From contig NC_086097.1 of assembly GCF_963921235.1 (NCBI RefSeq), forward strand, positions 215,018,001 through 215,082,000: a DNA stretch of 64,000 bases. The letters run 5' to 3'. The notes under the pieces are model-generated. The model was not told the origin of the DNA. It worked only from the letters and a program-made list of their open reading frames with translations, and made no database searches. The DNA is from Mobula hypostoma. Taxonomy: Eukaryota. Shown here piece after piece: positions 36,991 through 50,345 of this stretch (positions are counted from its first letter, which is position 1; each line of letters opens with the position of its first letter). The position numbers and the translations under genes are program-made.

Positions 36991-37434
36991 GATAGTGGAG
37001 AGGTTGTGGAGAGAGATGCTGTTAGGATCTCAGACAAAGTCAGGAATCAAATAGTTGAGTATGGTGGGACTAGTGGTCTGAGTTGCGCATATTTCAATGC
37101 AAGTTTTGTAGGAAAGGCAGATGAGGTCAGGGCATGGATCAACACCTAGAATTATGATATTGTAGCCATTAGTGAAACTTGGTTGCAGGAGGGTCAGTTC
37201 TGGCAACTCAATATTCCAGCGTCCCGTTGTTTCGGGCATAACATAGCGGGAGAGATTAAAGGAGGAGGGGTAGTGTTACTGGACAGGGAAAATGTCACGG
37301 CAATGCTCAGTCAGGATGGACTGGAGAACTCATCTGGTGAGGTGTTATAGTTGGAAATGAGTAATAAGTGTAACGCTCAGCTATATCGGCTCGTATTTAT
37401 CTGGGGAAACCCTGTCTGCCAACCAACCGTGTCT

Positions 37435-40400
37435 TATTCCGAATGGATTAGTGGGACCCCGTTCCAGCGTGTCCCTACGGATAGAGGGAATCTTTGCAAG
37501 AGCCATCCTCGACACAGGGTCGCAGGTTAACTTATTGTACCGGTCGTCCAACAACAAATATCTAAAGCATTTTTCTGTAACCCCGTTTAATGCCCTGGAG
37601 ATTTGGGGTATAAGTGATGGTGATTACCCATACGATGGGTACCTGTCAGTGAGATTGGAATTCTCGGAGGGCGATGTGGGAGTGTCAGAAGCCCTTGAGA
37701 CATTGGTGTTTTTTTGTCCGGATCCAGTGGAAACAGGTGGCACTGCCCTTCTAGTTGGGACTAACTCCCCTCTTGGGCGACAGCTCCTGGAAGCCTGTAA
37801 GGAGAAGGCGGGGGAGAACTTTCTGGAGACCCTCTCGGTACACCCAGTCGCGTTCGAAGAAGCGGGTGACCCCATGGGGCTGGATCCTGAGTTCAAACGA
37901 GGGACGATGTGGTGTACTCAGGCGAGGCCTAAAGTGATACGGCCAGGGGAGGTGGCACTAGTGATGGCGACCCCCAGATTTCCCGGAGTACCGGCAGGCG
38001 AGGCCCTGTTAGTAGTCGCCCTGGAAGACCTTGAAGGGGAGTTTCGGTTCCCGGCTGGGGTGCTGGTGAGACCTGAATTGCAGAGGCCCTCAGTTCTACA
38101 TGTACACCGGATGGGGGTGATTGTAAGGAACACAATGGAGAGGGAGATCACCTTTAAGCGTGGGATGCCCCTTGCGCACTTGTTCCCGGTGACGGTGATG
38201 TCCGGCGCCCCCATGAGGCCCACTGGAGGAGAACTATTGGAGAATGGGGGCGGCTGACCGAGGAGGACTTTAATTTTGAGGACTCCCCTGTACCACCGGA
38301 GTATAAGAGGAGACTGATGGAGAAGATGCTGAAGCTAGGGGATGTCTTTTCTCCGGGCGAGTTGGATGTGGGTTGTTCCAAGAGCACTCGTCACACTATC
38401 CGGGTGACTAATGACACCCCGTTTAGAGAAAGGTCGCGGCGGCTGGCCCCAGCAGATGTGGAAGATGTGCGGCAGCACTTGCGATAGTTAAAGGATGCAG
38501 GGATTATCACGGAGTCGCGGAGCCCCTATGCATCCCCCATAGTAGTGGCTAGGAAGGAAAATGGGAAGGTACGCATGTGCGTGGACTACAGGACCCTGAA
38601 CCGGCGCACTGTTCCCGACCAATATACGGTCCCGAGGGTGGAAGATGCCTTGGCCTGTCTGAGTGGGTGCGCAGTGGTTCAGCGTATTGGATTTGCGGAG
38701 TGGGTATTACCAGATTCCGATGAGTGAGACCGATAAAGAGAAGACGGATTTTATCTGCCCCCTGGGATTCTTTCAGTTTGAACGAATGCCCCAAGGCATA
38801 GCGGGGACCCCAGCCACCTTCCAGCGGCTCATGGAGCAGACAGTGGGGGACATGGACCTGCTGGAGGTGTTGGTATATCTGGATGACCTGATAGTGTTTG
38901 GATCTACGTTGGAGGAACATGAGGAGCGGCTGCTGAAGGTGTTAAGCTGGCTGAAGGAGGAAGGGTTGAAACTTTCCCTGGATAAATGGCAGTTCTGTAA
39001 GGCATCGGTCAGCTATGTTGGACACATAATTTCGCGAGATGGTGGCTACTGATCTGGCTAAGATAGACGCAGTGACCACCTGGCCGAGACCCCAGAAGGT
39101 GAGGCGCCCTGCGCTTGTTTTTCAGGTTTTGTGGGTATTACCGGCGATTCGTGAAAGGATATGCTAAAATGAGTCACCCATTGAACCAGCTTTTGTGTGG
39201 CTATCCACCTGTGGGGAAGAAAAGGAAGGGGGACCGACGGCAGGAGGCTGGAGGGTACTTGAACCCATCAGAGCCTTTTGGAGCGAGGTGGGATGCCCAA
39301 TGCGAGGAAGCATTCCAATCTCTGAAAAGGGCGCTGACACGGGCCCCGGTGTTGGCTTTTGCCGATCCCCGGAAGCCGTATGTGCTGCACACTGATGCCA
39401 GCCGAGAGGGTCTAGGGGCTGTCCTGTACCAGGAACAAGGCGATGGATTGAGGCCGATGGCATTTGTCAGCCGAAGTTTGTCGCCATCTGAGAGAAACTA
39501 TCCCACTCACAAGCTGGAGCTCCTGGCGCTGAAATGGGCGGTGGTGGACAACTTGAGCGACTATCTATACGGGGCCAAGTTTGAGGTGAGAACGGATAAC
39601 AATCCCCTCATTTATATTCTGACCCCAGCAAAACTGGACGCTACTGGGCATCGGTGGTTGATGGCCTTGTCTGCCTATGAGTTCAGCCTGAAGTACTGGC
39701 CGGGGAGTCGGAGCATCGATGCGGATGCTTTATTCTGTCGGGCGCATGAGGGGTCGGCCACGGACGAGGAGTGGGAGAGCATCCCTGCCCCGGGAGTGAA
39801 GGCCATGTGTCAATTTGCGAGCGACGCTAAAGCAGGAGACCCGATGGGGCCGGATCGGGCAGTGGATCAACTGGGAGCTGACAATGACGCGCTACCCACT
39901 GTTTACTGTAATTTGACTGCTCTGAAGAACAGGCAGCTGCTGGAGTTGAGCCCCCAGGAAGTGGGGGTGGCTCAGCGTGATGACCCTGGCATTGGCGCTA
40001 TCTGGTATGCGGCTAAAGAGGGGGATATGGCTCAGGTGGAGAAGACGAAACACGCCTCAGTGCCCTTACTACTGAAAGAATGGCCTCGGTTGAAGCTGAA
40101 GAACCAAATCTTGTACCGGGTCACGTCGCCCCCGGACCACCCCCGGCGCTGGCAGCTGGTCATGCCTGAGAAGTATCGGAAGACTGTGCTCCAGGCTCTA
40201 CATGATGATTCCGGGCACTTAGGGGTAGAGAAGACCTATGGATTAGTCAAGGACCGGTTTTACTGGCCCCGGATGAGGGGGGAGGTGGACGAATACTGTA
40301 AGACCTGTAGCCGTTGTGTCAGGAGGAAGACCCTGTCTGCGCAGGCGGCTCCGTTATCCCACTTGCAGAGTGCGGGACCCATGGACCTGGTGTGTATGGA

Positions 40401-41786
40401 TTTCCTGTCTATTGAGCCAGACACCAGCAACACCGCGAATGGCTTGGTCATCACGGATCACTACACTAGATATGCGCAGGCTTTTCCTACTAAGGATCAG
40501 AAAGCGACTACAGTGGCGAAGGTGTTATGGGAGAAGTACTTTGTACATTATGGCCTTCCCCGGCGGATCCATAGTGATCAGGGACAGGACTTCGAGAGCA
40601 GGCTTATACATGAATTACTGGATATGCTTGGGGTCAAGAAATCCAGGACCACGCCCTATCACCTGCAGGGTGATCCTCAGCCCGAGAGGTTTAACCAGAC
40701 CCTGTTGAACAGGCTCGGGACTCTGGAGATTGGTCAGAAGAGTAAGTGGAGTCAGCACATCGGGCATTTGGTTCACTATCACAATTGTACTCGCAATGAT
40801 GCTATGGGGTACTCAGCTTATTATCTGATGTTCGGACGACGAAGGGTCTCGGCCTGAAACGTTGACTGCGCCTCTTCCTATAGATGCTGCCTGGCCTGCT
40901 GCGTTCACCAGCAACTTTGATGTATGTTGCTTGAATTTCCAGCATCTGCAGAATTCCTGTTGTTTGCCCATTGACCTGTGTTTTGGGACCGAAGCGGATG
41001 AATTATCTTCGAAGCCATATCGGAAGTATGTGTCTGATATGAGGAGAGAGTTGAAAAGGGCGTACGAGTTGGCTGAGGCGGCGGCCACCAAGCAGAATCA
41101 AGGGAATAAGAGGAGGTATGATCAGAAAGTGAAGTTCGCCCAACTATTGCCAGGGGACCAGGTCCTCCCATGGAATTTAGGACTCCCTGGTAAACACAAG
41201 TTGGTGGATCGCTAGGCGGCCACCCCCTATGTGGTAGAGAGACAGATGCTAGTACGAGGACTCTGTGAAGGCGAGGGAAGAGGCCACTGCGAAAGAGATG
41301 GGGCCGGGCCCCACCCCAGAAAGGGATACTGTTATGGAAGTCGATGATTCGAATGTGTGGTACCTAATTCCATTCACTAATTCCCCAGTACCGGAAGAAG
41401 AGGCTCCTGACCCTTCCTCCACTGAGCTAGGTGAGAGGAGGGAGGGTGTTGAGGACCAGCGTCAGATACAGCCGGCATTGGGGGGGGGGGGGAAGGTGGA
41501 ACCAGAACCCGAGACAGAGGGCTCACAGGTGACGAGGGGTCCCAGTGAGGGAGAGGGTGAGGGTCCGACAGGTAGTCCCGGTGTATCTCCCGTAGTGTCT
41601 GAGCCAGAAAGGTCGGGAGAGGAGGTACGGAGGTCTCAGAGAAGTAGGCACCCCCCCAGAGAGGTTGACCTATACAGCGCCGGGAGAACAGGGTGTGGTC
41701 TCTACTGCCCTGGGAAGTTATGTCACTGCTTTATGCACCTGGGTTGGGTTTTGTGTTTTGCAAGGAGCATTGGTGAACTCCTTTAA
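37435..41786 (+). pseudogene. Gypsy pol (PR-RT-RNase H-IN), frameshifted and inverted relative to gag
   Basis: AILDTGSQV (PR); LDLRSGYYQ and YLDD (RT); TDAS and RTDN (RNase H); HDDSGH...CKTC, CMDF, HSDQG and PERFN (IN). Confidence 0.93.
40838..40964 (+). mobile_element. Penelope-like short fragment inserted in the Gypsy integrase
   Basis: GACGAAGGGTCTCGGCCTGAAACGTTGACT...; interrupts the FGR...LPID motif; hammerhead lacks its 5' strand. Confidence 0.85.
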
Positions 41787-41811
41787 TGTCATGAGGGCAT
41801 GACTTTAACTT

Positions 41812-42020
41812 GGTGGGAGGAGAGTGTAAGAGGTTTCTTCTTTCATGTTACTGCGTATGCTAATCAAAATGGCTTCTTTGTTATGTTATAATTAAAATGG
41901 TTTCTCTGTGATGTTAACTGCTGAGACAGTGATTCTTTTTCTAGCAGCTAACAGCTTGTTTGGGTTATCAATAATGATATGGAGGGAATGAACCAATGGG
42001 TTTCCATGTTATTCTTTGGG
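41812..42020 (+). repeat. Polypurine tract (41812-41824) plus first ~196 bp of the 3' LTR
   Basis: GGTGGGAGGAGAG|TGTAAG...; reverse-complementary to ~43961-44158. Confidence 0.88.
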
Positions 42021-42069
42021 CTTTCGGTGGTCCCCTGCCTGATTTCTGGGAACGTGGTCCTCCAGAGAC

Positions 42070-43450
42070 TCCAGTCCATTCCCTCACTGAGTTTCCCGAC
42101 ACCTCTCCCTTCTTAGTTGCCCGGGGGATTGCCCTCCACGGGGCGCCTGGTCTCTCACAATCCCTCCAAAGTGTCCCTCTTCCCCACAGCTGTAGCACAC
42201 CCCCAGCCACTCACACTCCCGCCGGAAATGCCCCTCTTTGCCACCGTTATAGCACACGCTACCCGCCGCCCCTGTCCTCCCAAGATGCCCGCCATTCCCA
42301 GCCCACTGCACGGGCTGTCCCCTGAAGGGTGTACTCTCCCTGTCCATCCCCTCAAGTGAGGGGTCCCTACCCCCCGGGACCCTTTGGGTTTCTTGGTTCT
42401 CAACCCGGCCACCACCTCCTGTACCGCTAAGGATCGTCCCCGGTGGCCAGAGTCCTCTCTCCGGCCCAACGCGCTCTCATCCTCCCGAACCTCTCGAATC
42501 AGCTGCCCGAATGATGGAGGAAGGCTCCTTTTATAGGACTGCTGGAGACTCCAAGCCACCTTGTCCTCCCCCAGGGAACCACTAAATATCTGATTCATCC
42601 TCAACCTTGCCACCTCATCCGCCTTCACTACCCCTCGGTGCCACAAACCAATAAGCCTTCTCTCCAGCCGAAAAATGTATTCTGAGAGCTTTTCCCCTCT
42701 TCCCTGCTGCATGTGGTGAAACTCTGCTAAAAGCTCCCAGGAACCTCCCGACATTCCAAACGCTCCCTCCAAAGCTTCCAGATACTCCGCCAGGGAAGCC
42801 GAGGGCTGTTCAGCTTTCAGATCCCAGACGACACTGGCCGCCCCTCCCCGCAAACTTTCCACCAATCGCTGTCTCTTTTCCTCATCCGAGTCTGGCCACG
42901 CCTCTAACAACTGGGACGTATTTTCGATCCATGTTTCATAATCGTCCTCCCCTTCTGGGGTGGGCATGGATCCTGAGAAAATACTCAGCTTCGGGTGGGG
43001 CCCCTCGGCCCTTCTCACCAGGGAGGTAATGGCGGCTGCTAACTTGAAGGTCTAGCTGGGGGACGGGGCCTGGCCAAGCCTTCCCACTCTGACCCTCCAC
43101 CACTGGCTACTGGCACCTCCCCTGGGGTCTCATCTCTTCCTCCGGTGTCTCCTTACTTTCTTCCTCCGGGAGTTTGTGGAGACTCATGGCTCCGCCTCCC
43201 CCGGACACTGACTGTCGCTGGCAGTTCCAACGTCTTGACGTCAGCACTCATACGAACCAACACCCAGCTGGTTTCCACTTCTTTACCGCACCTTCTAGCT
43301 ATCAGTTCTACCTGGCCGATAGCTTTGATCAAACTCAACCCTCGCACTAGTACTTCTCCCAAAGTGCGGAAATGCACCCCACTTAACACATATGCATGAT
43401 TAACCGGTACGTCCTCTAATTCACACCAGCTTACAATCATATCTTGATCC
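42070..43450 (-). pseudogene. Gypsy gag (PNMA-like capsid plus two decayed CCHC knuckles), frameshifted
   Basis: KLSIFSG...DYETW...RQRLVESLRGGA; CYNGGKEGHFRREC and CYSCGEEGH. Confidence 0.88.
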
Positions 43451-43500
43451 AGCTCCGCACTACTTAACGTGGAGATTTATACAGCTTACTGAAAATTCAA

Positions 43501-43518
43501 TCCCAGACGTTGCCCCCA
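43501..43518 (-). other. Primer-binding site, tRNA-Pro-like
   Basis: TGGGGGCAACGTCTGGGA 4 nt inside the 5' LTR boundary; resembles the tRNA-Pro PBS TGGGGGCTCGTCCGGGA. Confidence 0.7.
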
Positions 43519-43522
43519 CAAA

Positions 43523-44158
43523 TGTAACGCTCAGCTATATCGGCTCGTATTTATCTAGGGGAAACCCCGTCCGCCGCCCAACCGCGTCTCCCGGTTGTGT
43601 CGGTTTCTGCGCAATGCCACCCGGTTCGACATCAAACATCGGACCGCACACGGTGTACACTTTACAGATTACACTTTATAAATCTTACTGGGACTATGAG
43701 ATTAATAGAGATACAATATAAAAGAGAAAGAAAAAGGCGCCAGGCTTATCAAAGTTCAATTTCTTCGTGCACTCAGTTGGACCTCAAATACCCGGGGTCT
43801 TCGCTCTTCACCCTGCGATCCACCCTGACCCCCTCGACTCGCCGCTCGGGACCACCCAAGGTGATTGAATAGAGCGCTTCCAGCACGTCCGTCTTCTCCC
43901 GGTGTCGCCTCCCAAGCCCGCCAAACATACCGGTTCCCAGCCATATGAGACAGAGTATCACCCCAAAAAAATAACATGGACAGCCATTGGTTCATTCCCT
44001 CCTTATCATTAGTGATAACCCAGACAAGCTGCTAGCTGCTAGAAAAAGCATCACTGTCTCAGCAGTTAACATCACAGAGAAACCATTTTAATCATAACAT
44101 AATAAAGAAGACATTTTGATGAGCATACGCAGTAACTTAAAAGAAGAAACCCCTTACA
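43523..44158 (-). repeat. Complete 5' LTR (636 bp)
   Basis: TGTAAG...GTTACA on minus; its two ends match 41825-42020 and 37369-37434. Confidence 0.92.
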
Positions 44159-45041
44159 TAAGAAAGGTATGACCACGTTAATGGGGCTATATTACAGACC
44201 ACACAAGAATGCAAGGGATTTAGAAGAACAAATTTGTCAAGAAGTCACAGATTGTTGCAAGAAATACAAGGCTGTTATCATGGGTGATTTTAACTTTCCA
44301 CATATTGACGGGACTCCCATACTGTAAAAACACCAGATAGAATAGAGTTTGTCAGATGTGTTTAGGAGCATCTTTCTTAATCACTACATAAAGTCCCCAC
44401 GAGCAATATTTGATCTACAGTTAGGGATGGATATAGGGCAGGTGACAGAAATCTGTGTAGCAGAATGTTGTGCATCTAGAGATCACAATGCCATTAGTTT
44501 CAAAGGTAAATATGCAAACAAAATGTCTGGTCCTCAGGTTGAGATTCTAAATTGGAGAAAGGCCATTAAAAAGGAATCTGGCAAGTGTGAATTGGGTCAG
44601 GCAGTTTTCTGACAAGGGTGTACTCCGTAAGTGGGGAATCTTCAAAAGTGAAATTTTGAGAGTACAAAGCTCGAATGCAGGTTTCAGAATAAAAGGGAAA
44701 GATAAGAGTTAAGATAAGAGATAAGATAAGAGCCTTGTTTTTCAAGAGATACTGAGACACTGTTTAAAATAAAAAATGGAGATGCTTCGTAAGTATACGA
44801 AACTAGGAAGAAAGGAGGTGCTTATGGAGAATAAGAAACGCGAGAGAATACTTAGGAAAGAAATCTGGAAGGCTTTAAAAATCATGGGGTTCACTTTGTA
44901 GACAAGGTGAAGGAAAATCTGAAGGGATTCCACAGATATGTTAAGAAAAAGGGACAAAATTGGTCCTCTAGAAGACCAGAATAGTAACGCTAGCATGGAA
45001 TCAAAAGAGACAGGGAGATCTGAAATGTATTTTTTTAAACT

Positions 45042-45392
45042 TAGAAACATAGAAAACCTACAGCACTATACAGGCCCTTCGGCCCACAAAGTTGTGCCGA
45101 ACATGTCCCTACCTTAGAAATTACTAGACTTACCCATAGCCCTCTATTTTTCTGAGCTCCATGTACCTATCCAAAAGTCTCTTAAAAGACCCTATCGTAT
45201 CCGCCTCCACCACCATTGCCGGCATCCCATTCCACGCACTCACCACTCTCTGAGTAAAAAACTTACCCCTGATATCTCCCCTGTACCTACTCCCCAGCAC
45301 CTTAAACCTGTGTCCTCTTGTGGCAACCATTTCAGCGCTGGGAAAAAGCCTCTGACTATCCACACGATCAACGCTTCTCATCATCGTATACA
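45042..45392 (-). mobile_element. CR1 3' end, same subfamily as 1823-2570
   Basis: ORF 45130-45393; near-identical 3' UTR CATAGAAAACCTACAGCAC. Confidence 0.9.
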
Positions 45393-47844
45393 CATCTGTA
45401 TTTACTCAGGAGTCGGACACAGAATCTATAGAAGTGAGGCAAAGTGGAATCAAGTTCATGGACCCTGTACAGATTACAGAGGAGGTAGTGTTTGCTGTCT
45501 AGAGACAAGTTAAGGTGGATAAATCCCCAGGGCCTGACAAGGTGTTCCCTCAGACCCTGCGAGAGGCAAGTGCAGAAATTTTCAGAACCCTAGCAGAGAT
45601 ATTTAAATCATCCTTAGCGACCAGTGAGGTACCAGAGGATTGGAGGATAGCTAATGTTGTTCTGCTGTTTAAGAAAGGCTCTAAAATTAATGCAGGGAGT
45701 TATAGGCCAGTGAGGCTGACATCAGTAGTGGAAAATTATTGGTAGATATTCCAAGGGACCAGAAATATGAGTACTTGGATAGACTTGGACTGATTAAGGA
45801 TAGTCAGCATGGCTTTATGTGTAGTAGTCATGTCCAACCAATTTTATAGAGTTTTTTTTAAGGAAGTTAGCAGGAAAGGTGATGAAGCCAAGGCCACGGA
45901 TGTTGTCTACATTGACATTAGTGAGGCATTTGATAAGGGCTCACGTGGGAGTTTGTCAAGAAGGTTCAGTCACTTGGCATTCAAGATGAGGTAGTAAATT
46001 GGATCAGACATTGGCTTCACAGGAGACGCCAAAGAGTGGTAGTTGATGGTTGCCTCTCTGACTGGAGGCCTGTGACTAGTGGAGTGCTGCAAGGATTGGT
46101 GCTGGGTCCATTGTTGTTTGTCATCTATATCAACAATGTGGATGATAATGAGGTTAACTAGATCAGCAAATTTGAGGATGAAACCAAGACTGGGAGTGTA
46201 GTGGACAGTGAGGAAGACTATCATGACTTGCAGATGGATCTGTACCAGCTGGGAAAATGGGGTGAAAAATTAATGCAGACAAGTGTGAGGTATTGCACTT
46301 CAGTAAGACCAAAAAGGGTAGGTCTTACACAGTGAATGTTAGGGCAGTGAGGAGTTTGGTAGAACAAAGGGATCTGGGAATACAGGTCCATAATTCATTG
46401 AAAGTGGCAGCACAGGTTGACAGGGTCATAAAGAAAGCTTTTGGTGCACTGGCCTTCATAAGTCAATGTACTCAGTACAGGAGATGGGATGTTATGTTGA
46501 AGTTGTATAAGATATTGGTGAGGCCTAATTTGGAGTATTGTGTGCAGCTTTTGTCACCTACCAATCGGAAGGATATAAATATGGTTGAATGAGTATTGAG
46601 AAAATTTGCAAGGATGCTGAGGGGTCTGGTGGACCTGAGTTATGTGGAAAGATTGAATAGGTTAGGACTTTATTCCTTGGAATGTAGAAGATTGAGAGGA
46701 GATTTGATAAAGATATACAAAATTATGAGGGTATAGATAGAGTAAATGCAAACAGTCTTTTTCCATAGAGGTTGGATGGACTGCAACTAGAGGACATGGG
46801 TTAAGGGTGAAAGATGGGAAATTTAAGGGGAACGTGAGGGGAAACATCTTCTTGCCATGGGTTTTGAGAATGTGGAATGTTGCCATTGCAAGTGGTGCAT
46901 GTGAGCTCCATTTCAACGTTTCAGAGAAGTTTGGATAGGTACATCATTGGTAGGGGTATGGAGAGCAGTGGGAGTAGGCGGTTTAAATGGGTTGGCACAG
47001 ACTAGATGGGCTGATGGGCCTGTTTCTGTGCTGTACTTTCGTATGATTCTATCCATTATAAATCTACCTCATTTTGTGCCAAAGGAATGCAAAGTGGTCA
47101 ATCTTGAAATTACATATCTGCTTAAGTTGAAGTCAAACAAAAACAATGTGTACTGAATGCCCTTCAAGATCACATTACTGGTGGAGCTAAAGAATCACTC
47201 TGAGGGAGAGAGATTAAGGTGCAGAGAATACATTGCAGGCTCTTACTTACCCACCCCCTCCCACTAAGTGCTTCCTGGAAGCAGGTTCAATATGAAAAAT
47301 GCTTTCTCTTTAGGTGCGTGACTTGTATCTGTGGGGGGAGAGGGAGTCCATTGATGATCAGCATAATAAACTTCCTAAACCACATTTCACCACAAACAAA
47401 TTTTTGCAGAGCTCCAGACAATGCGTAGATACTGCATGTGTTGGGATCTAAAATATTGAAGAACAATGAAGGAATTTGGCACACTTTGCGGATAAATAAG
47501 TGCCATTCTTTTAAGCTGTTGCTTCACTAGTTTGTGGTTCAGTTCTCCTGATTTTGGCACCAATCCCCCAATGTCGATGAGGAGTATTTTTCAAGGCCAA
47601 CTAGGCAGAATGAACCTTTTGTGTCCTGATTAAAGCCTGGGCTGCAGGGGAGTTGTTTTTCCAGTTTTGCTTGTTATTTCTCCCAGCAATACTATGGCTA
47701 GAAAGGCCATTTTAGAAGGCAGTTAATAGCAACCCATCATGGGATGGATTCAGAAGCAAGTGTATCTTGTTGGTAAAGAAAGGCTCATTTCTTTAACTTA
47801 ATATTATTTCACTCACTAGATTTTTTAAAATAATCTAACATCTT

Positions 47845-49062
47845 TAGGGAGCGGTGTCTCAGTAATGCAAATACTTGCTCTCCGTAGGATCATCGAGGAA
47901 GTCAAGAAGAACAACCTACCAGATGCGCTTGCTTACATCGATTTTCGCAAAGCTTTTGACTCCATTCACCGAGGTAAAATACTGAAGATCCTGAAAGCTT
48001 ACGGAGTGCCAGACCATCTACTGAGAGCAATAGAGACCAGCTATACCAAAACCATGGCAAAAGTTGTATCACCAGACGGAGAAACAGCAGTGTTCGAGCT
48101 CCTAGCTGGTGTGCTGCAAGGAGACACCCTGGCACCCTACATCTTTATAATCGTCCTTGATTACACTCTGTGTCAAGCTACCAAAGATCATGACAAGCTT
48201 GGTTACCATAAAACCAGGACCAACCAAAAGGGTCAAACCAGTTACACTCACAGATCTCGATTCTGCAGATGACATAGTCCTGCTCTCTGACCAGATGGAG
48301 GAAGCACAGCAGCTACAGACAAAAGTGGAAATTGAGTGCCATAAAGTTGGACTTCATCTAAACGCTAAAAAGTCAAAGTACATGGCGTTTCACTGCAACA
48401 AAGGTACTCTCAAGACCATAGAGAATGATACCATTAAGAAAGTCTTTGACTACAAGTACCTCGGGTCAAGAATGATGAGTTCGGAGAAGGACATAAAGAT
48501 ACGGAAGGCGTTGGTGCGGAGGGCTAGGAATGACATGCAGGAAATCTGGAAGTCGAACCTGACCAGAGGGCTTAAAAAGAGGATTTTCATAGCAGTCATA
48601 GAGTCCATTCTCATGTATGGATGCGAGACGTGGACACTCACCAAGACGATGCGGAAGTCTCTAGATGGTTGCTATACACGAATGCTCCGGATGGCTCTTG
48701 ATGTGAGGTGGCAACAGCACATGACGAATGTTGAGCTCTATAACAACCTACCGATGCTCTCCACTAAAGTCGAAGCGAGAAGACTGCAACTAGCGGGGCA
48801 CTGTCTACGCCACCCCGAGCTACCTGCCAGCCTAGTCATCATATGGGAGCCCAAGCACGGGAGGATGAACCCTGGGCACCCTCCCAGGACTATGGTTAAC
48901 CCGCTCCTAGAAGACAGTGGCGCGACTAATGTAGATGAACTGAACACAGTGATGAGGGAGAGGGAGAAGTGGAGAGTCCGTCATCGTGCCCAACGCCGGC
49001 CCCCTAGGCCTGAGTCGATGATGATGTAGTAGTAGTAGTAGTAGTAATAGTAGTAGTAGTAG
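47845..49062 (+). mobile_element. RTE-clade (RTE-X-like) LINE, 5'-truncated, with (ATG)n(TAG)n tail
   Basis: YIDFRKAFDSI, GVLQGDTLAP, SADD, YKYLGS and LMYGCETW in ORFs 47865-48272 and 48157-49029. Confidence 0.88.
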
Positions 49063-49465
49063 TTGTCTCAGAAAGGCAGCGTCCATTATTAAAGACCTCC
49101 AGCACCCGGGGCATGCCCTTTTCTCACTGTTACCATCAAGTAGGAGATACAGAACTCTGAAGGCACACACTCAGTGATTCAGGAACAGCTTCTTCCCCTC
49201 TGCCATCCGATTCCTAAATGGACATTGAAGCCTTGGTCACCACCTCACTTTTTTAATATACAGTATTTCTACTTTTTGCACATTTTAAAAAATCTATTCA
49301 TTACATGTAATTGATTTATTTGTTTATTTTTTATTATGTTCTATTTTATTTATTATTATATTTTTGTCTCTCTGCTAGATTATGTATTGCATTGAACTGC
49401 TGCTGCTAAGTTAACAAATTTCACGTCACATGCCGGTATAATAAACCTAATTCTGATTCTGATTT
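49063..49465 (+). mobile_element. Rex1-like LINE 3' end, homologous to 22980-23160
   Basis: RKAASIIKD.QHPGHALFSLLPS remnant; CTGATT tail. Confidence 0.8.
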
Positions 49466-49574
49466 TGCCAATATTACCTTACTTCCAGATTTTGCATTTT
49501 TAAACTGCAATGACAGTAATTGAACGGATGCTCTCTGAATTATTAGTTCAGGTCTCAGAGTTCAGTCATCACTA

Positions 49575-49998
49575 TTGTATAGAACATAGAAATCTACAGA
49601 ACATGACAGGTCCTTTGGCCCTCAGTGTTGTGGCGAGCATGTAACCTACTCTAGAAACTGCCTCGGATTTCCCTGCTGCATAGCCCTCTATTTTTCTAAG
49701 CTCCATGTACCTATTTAACAGTCTCTTAAAATACCCTATTGTGTCCGCCTCTACCACTGCTGTTGGCAGTGCATTCCACACACCCATCACTCTCTCTGTG
49801 AAGAACTTACCTCTGACATTCCCCCTATACCTACTTCCAAGCACCTTGAAACTATGCCCCCTTATATTGGCCATTTCAGGCCTTGGAAAAAGGCTCTGGC
49901 TATCCACACAATTGATGCTTCTCATCATCTTATACACATCTATCGTCACCTCTCATCGCTCCAAGAAGAAAAGGCCAAGCTCACCCAACCTATTCTCA
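49575..49998 (-). mobile_element. CR1 3' fragment
   Basis: ORF 49572-49949. Confidence 0.88.
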
Positions 49999-50130
49999 AA
50001 GCTTCATATCAAAACTTTCTCCATTTTGGAGAACATGAACATACTCTAAAAAGGAGAACAACACTTTGCCCTCATGTTCAACACGGCAAGTTACTCCAAG
50101 AACTGCGCCTATTTCTTTATTTGTAAGTAT

Positions 50131-50345
50131 TGCACCACGGTAGCATAGCGGTTAGAGCGATGCTATTACAGACCGGTTTCCTCCCACAGTCCAAAGAAAT
50201 ATCGGGTAGGTCAATTAGTCATTGTAAATTGTCCCGTGATTAGGTTAGGGTTGGTTAGGGTTAATGAGGGTTGAGAGGTTGCCGGGGCGATGTGACTCAA
50301 AGGGCCAGAAGAGCCTACTCCGCATTGTAATCAATAAATAAGTAA
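50131..50345 (+). mobile_element. Internally deleted V-SINE-like SINE
   Basis: A-box-like GGTAGCATAGCGGTT, core CCGGTTTCCTCCCACAGTCCAAAGA, CR1-like end with AATAAATA. Confidence 0.6.

Larger units (their letters stand above)
37369..44158 (-). mobile_element. Gypsy/Ty3 LTR retrotransposon provirus with internal inversion
   Basis: TG...CA ends; TSD TAAG (37365-37368 and 44159-44162); 5' LTR, PBS and gag on minus; pol, PPT and 3' LTR start on plus. Confidence 0.92.
36990..47050 (+). mobile_element. Old CR1 ORF2 (36990-37368 and 44159-47050) split by the Gypsy provirus and a second CR1
   Basis: Endonuclease coding sequence continues across the TSD (...AATAAG|AAAGGTATGACC); RT remnants at 45515-46900. 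Confidence 0.85.

Noticed and set aside
42001..42020. Long microhomology explaining the Gypsy inversion
   Set aside because: The match is equally explained as continuation of the 3' LTR; cannot be resolved without an intact reference element.
42155..43018. Domesticated PNMA-family gene
   Set aside because: Frameshifted and inside a provirus with LTR, PBS and TSD.
49018..49062. Independent (TAG)n microsatellite
   Set aside because: It is the 3' tail of the RTE element.
50240..50270. Interstitial telomeric TTAGGG repeats
   Set aside because: Only two exact units, within a SINE body.
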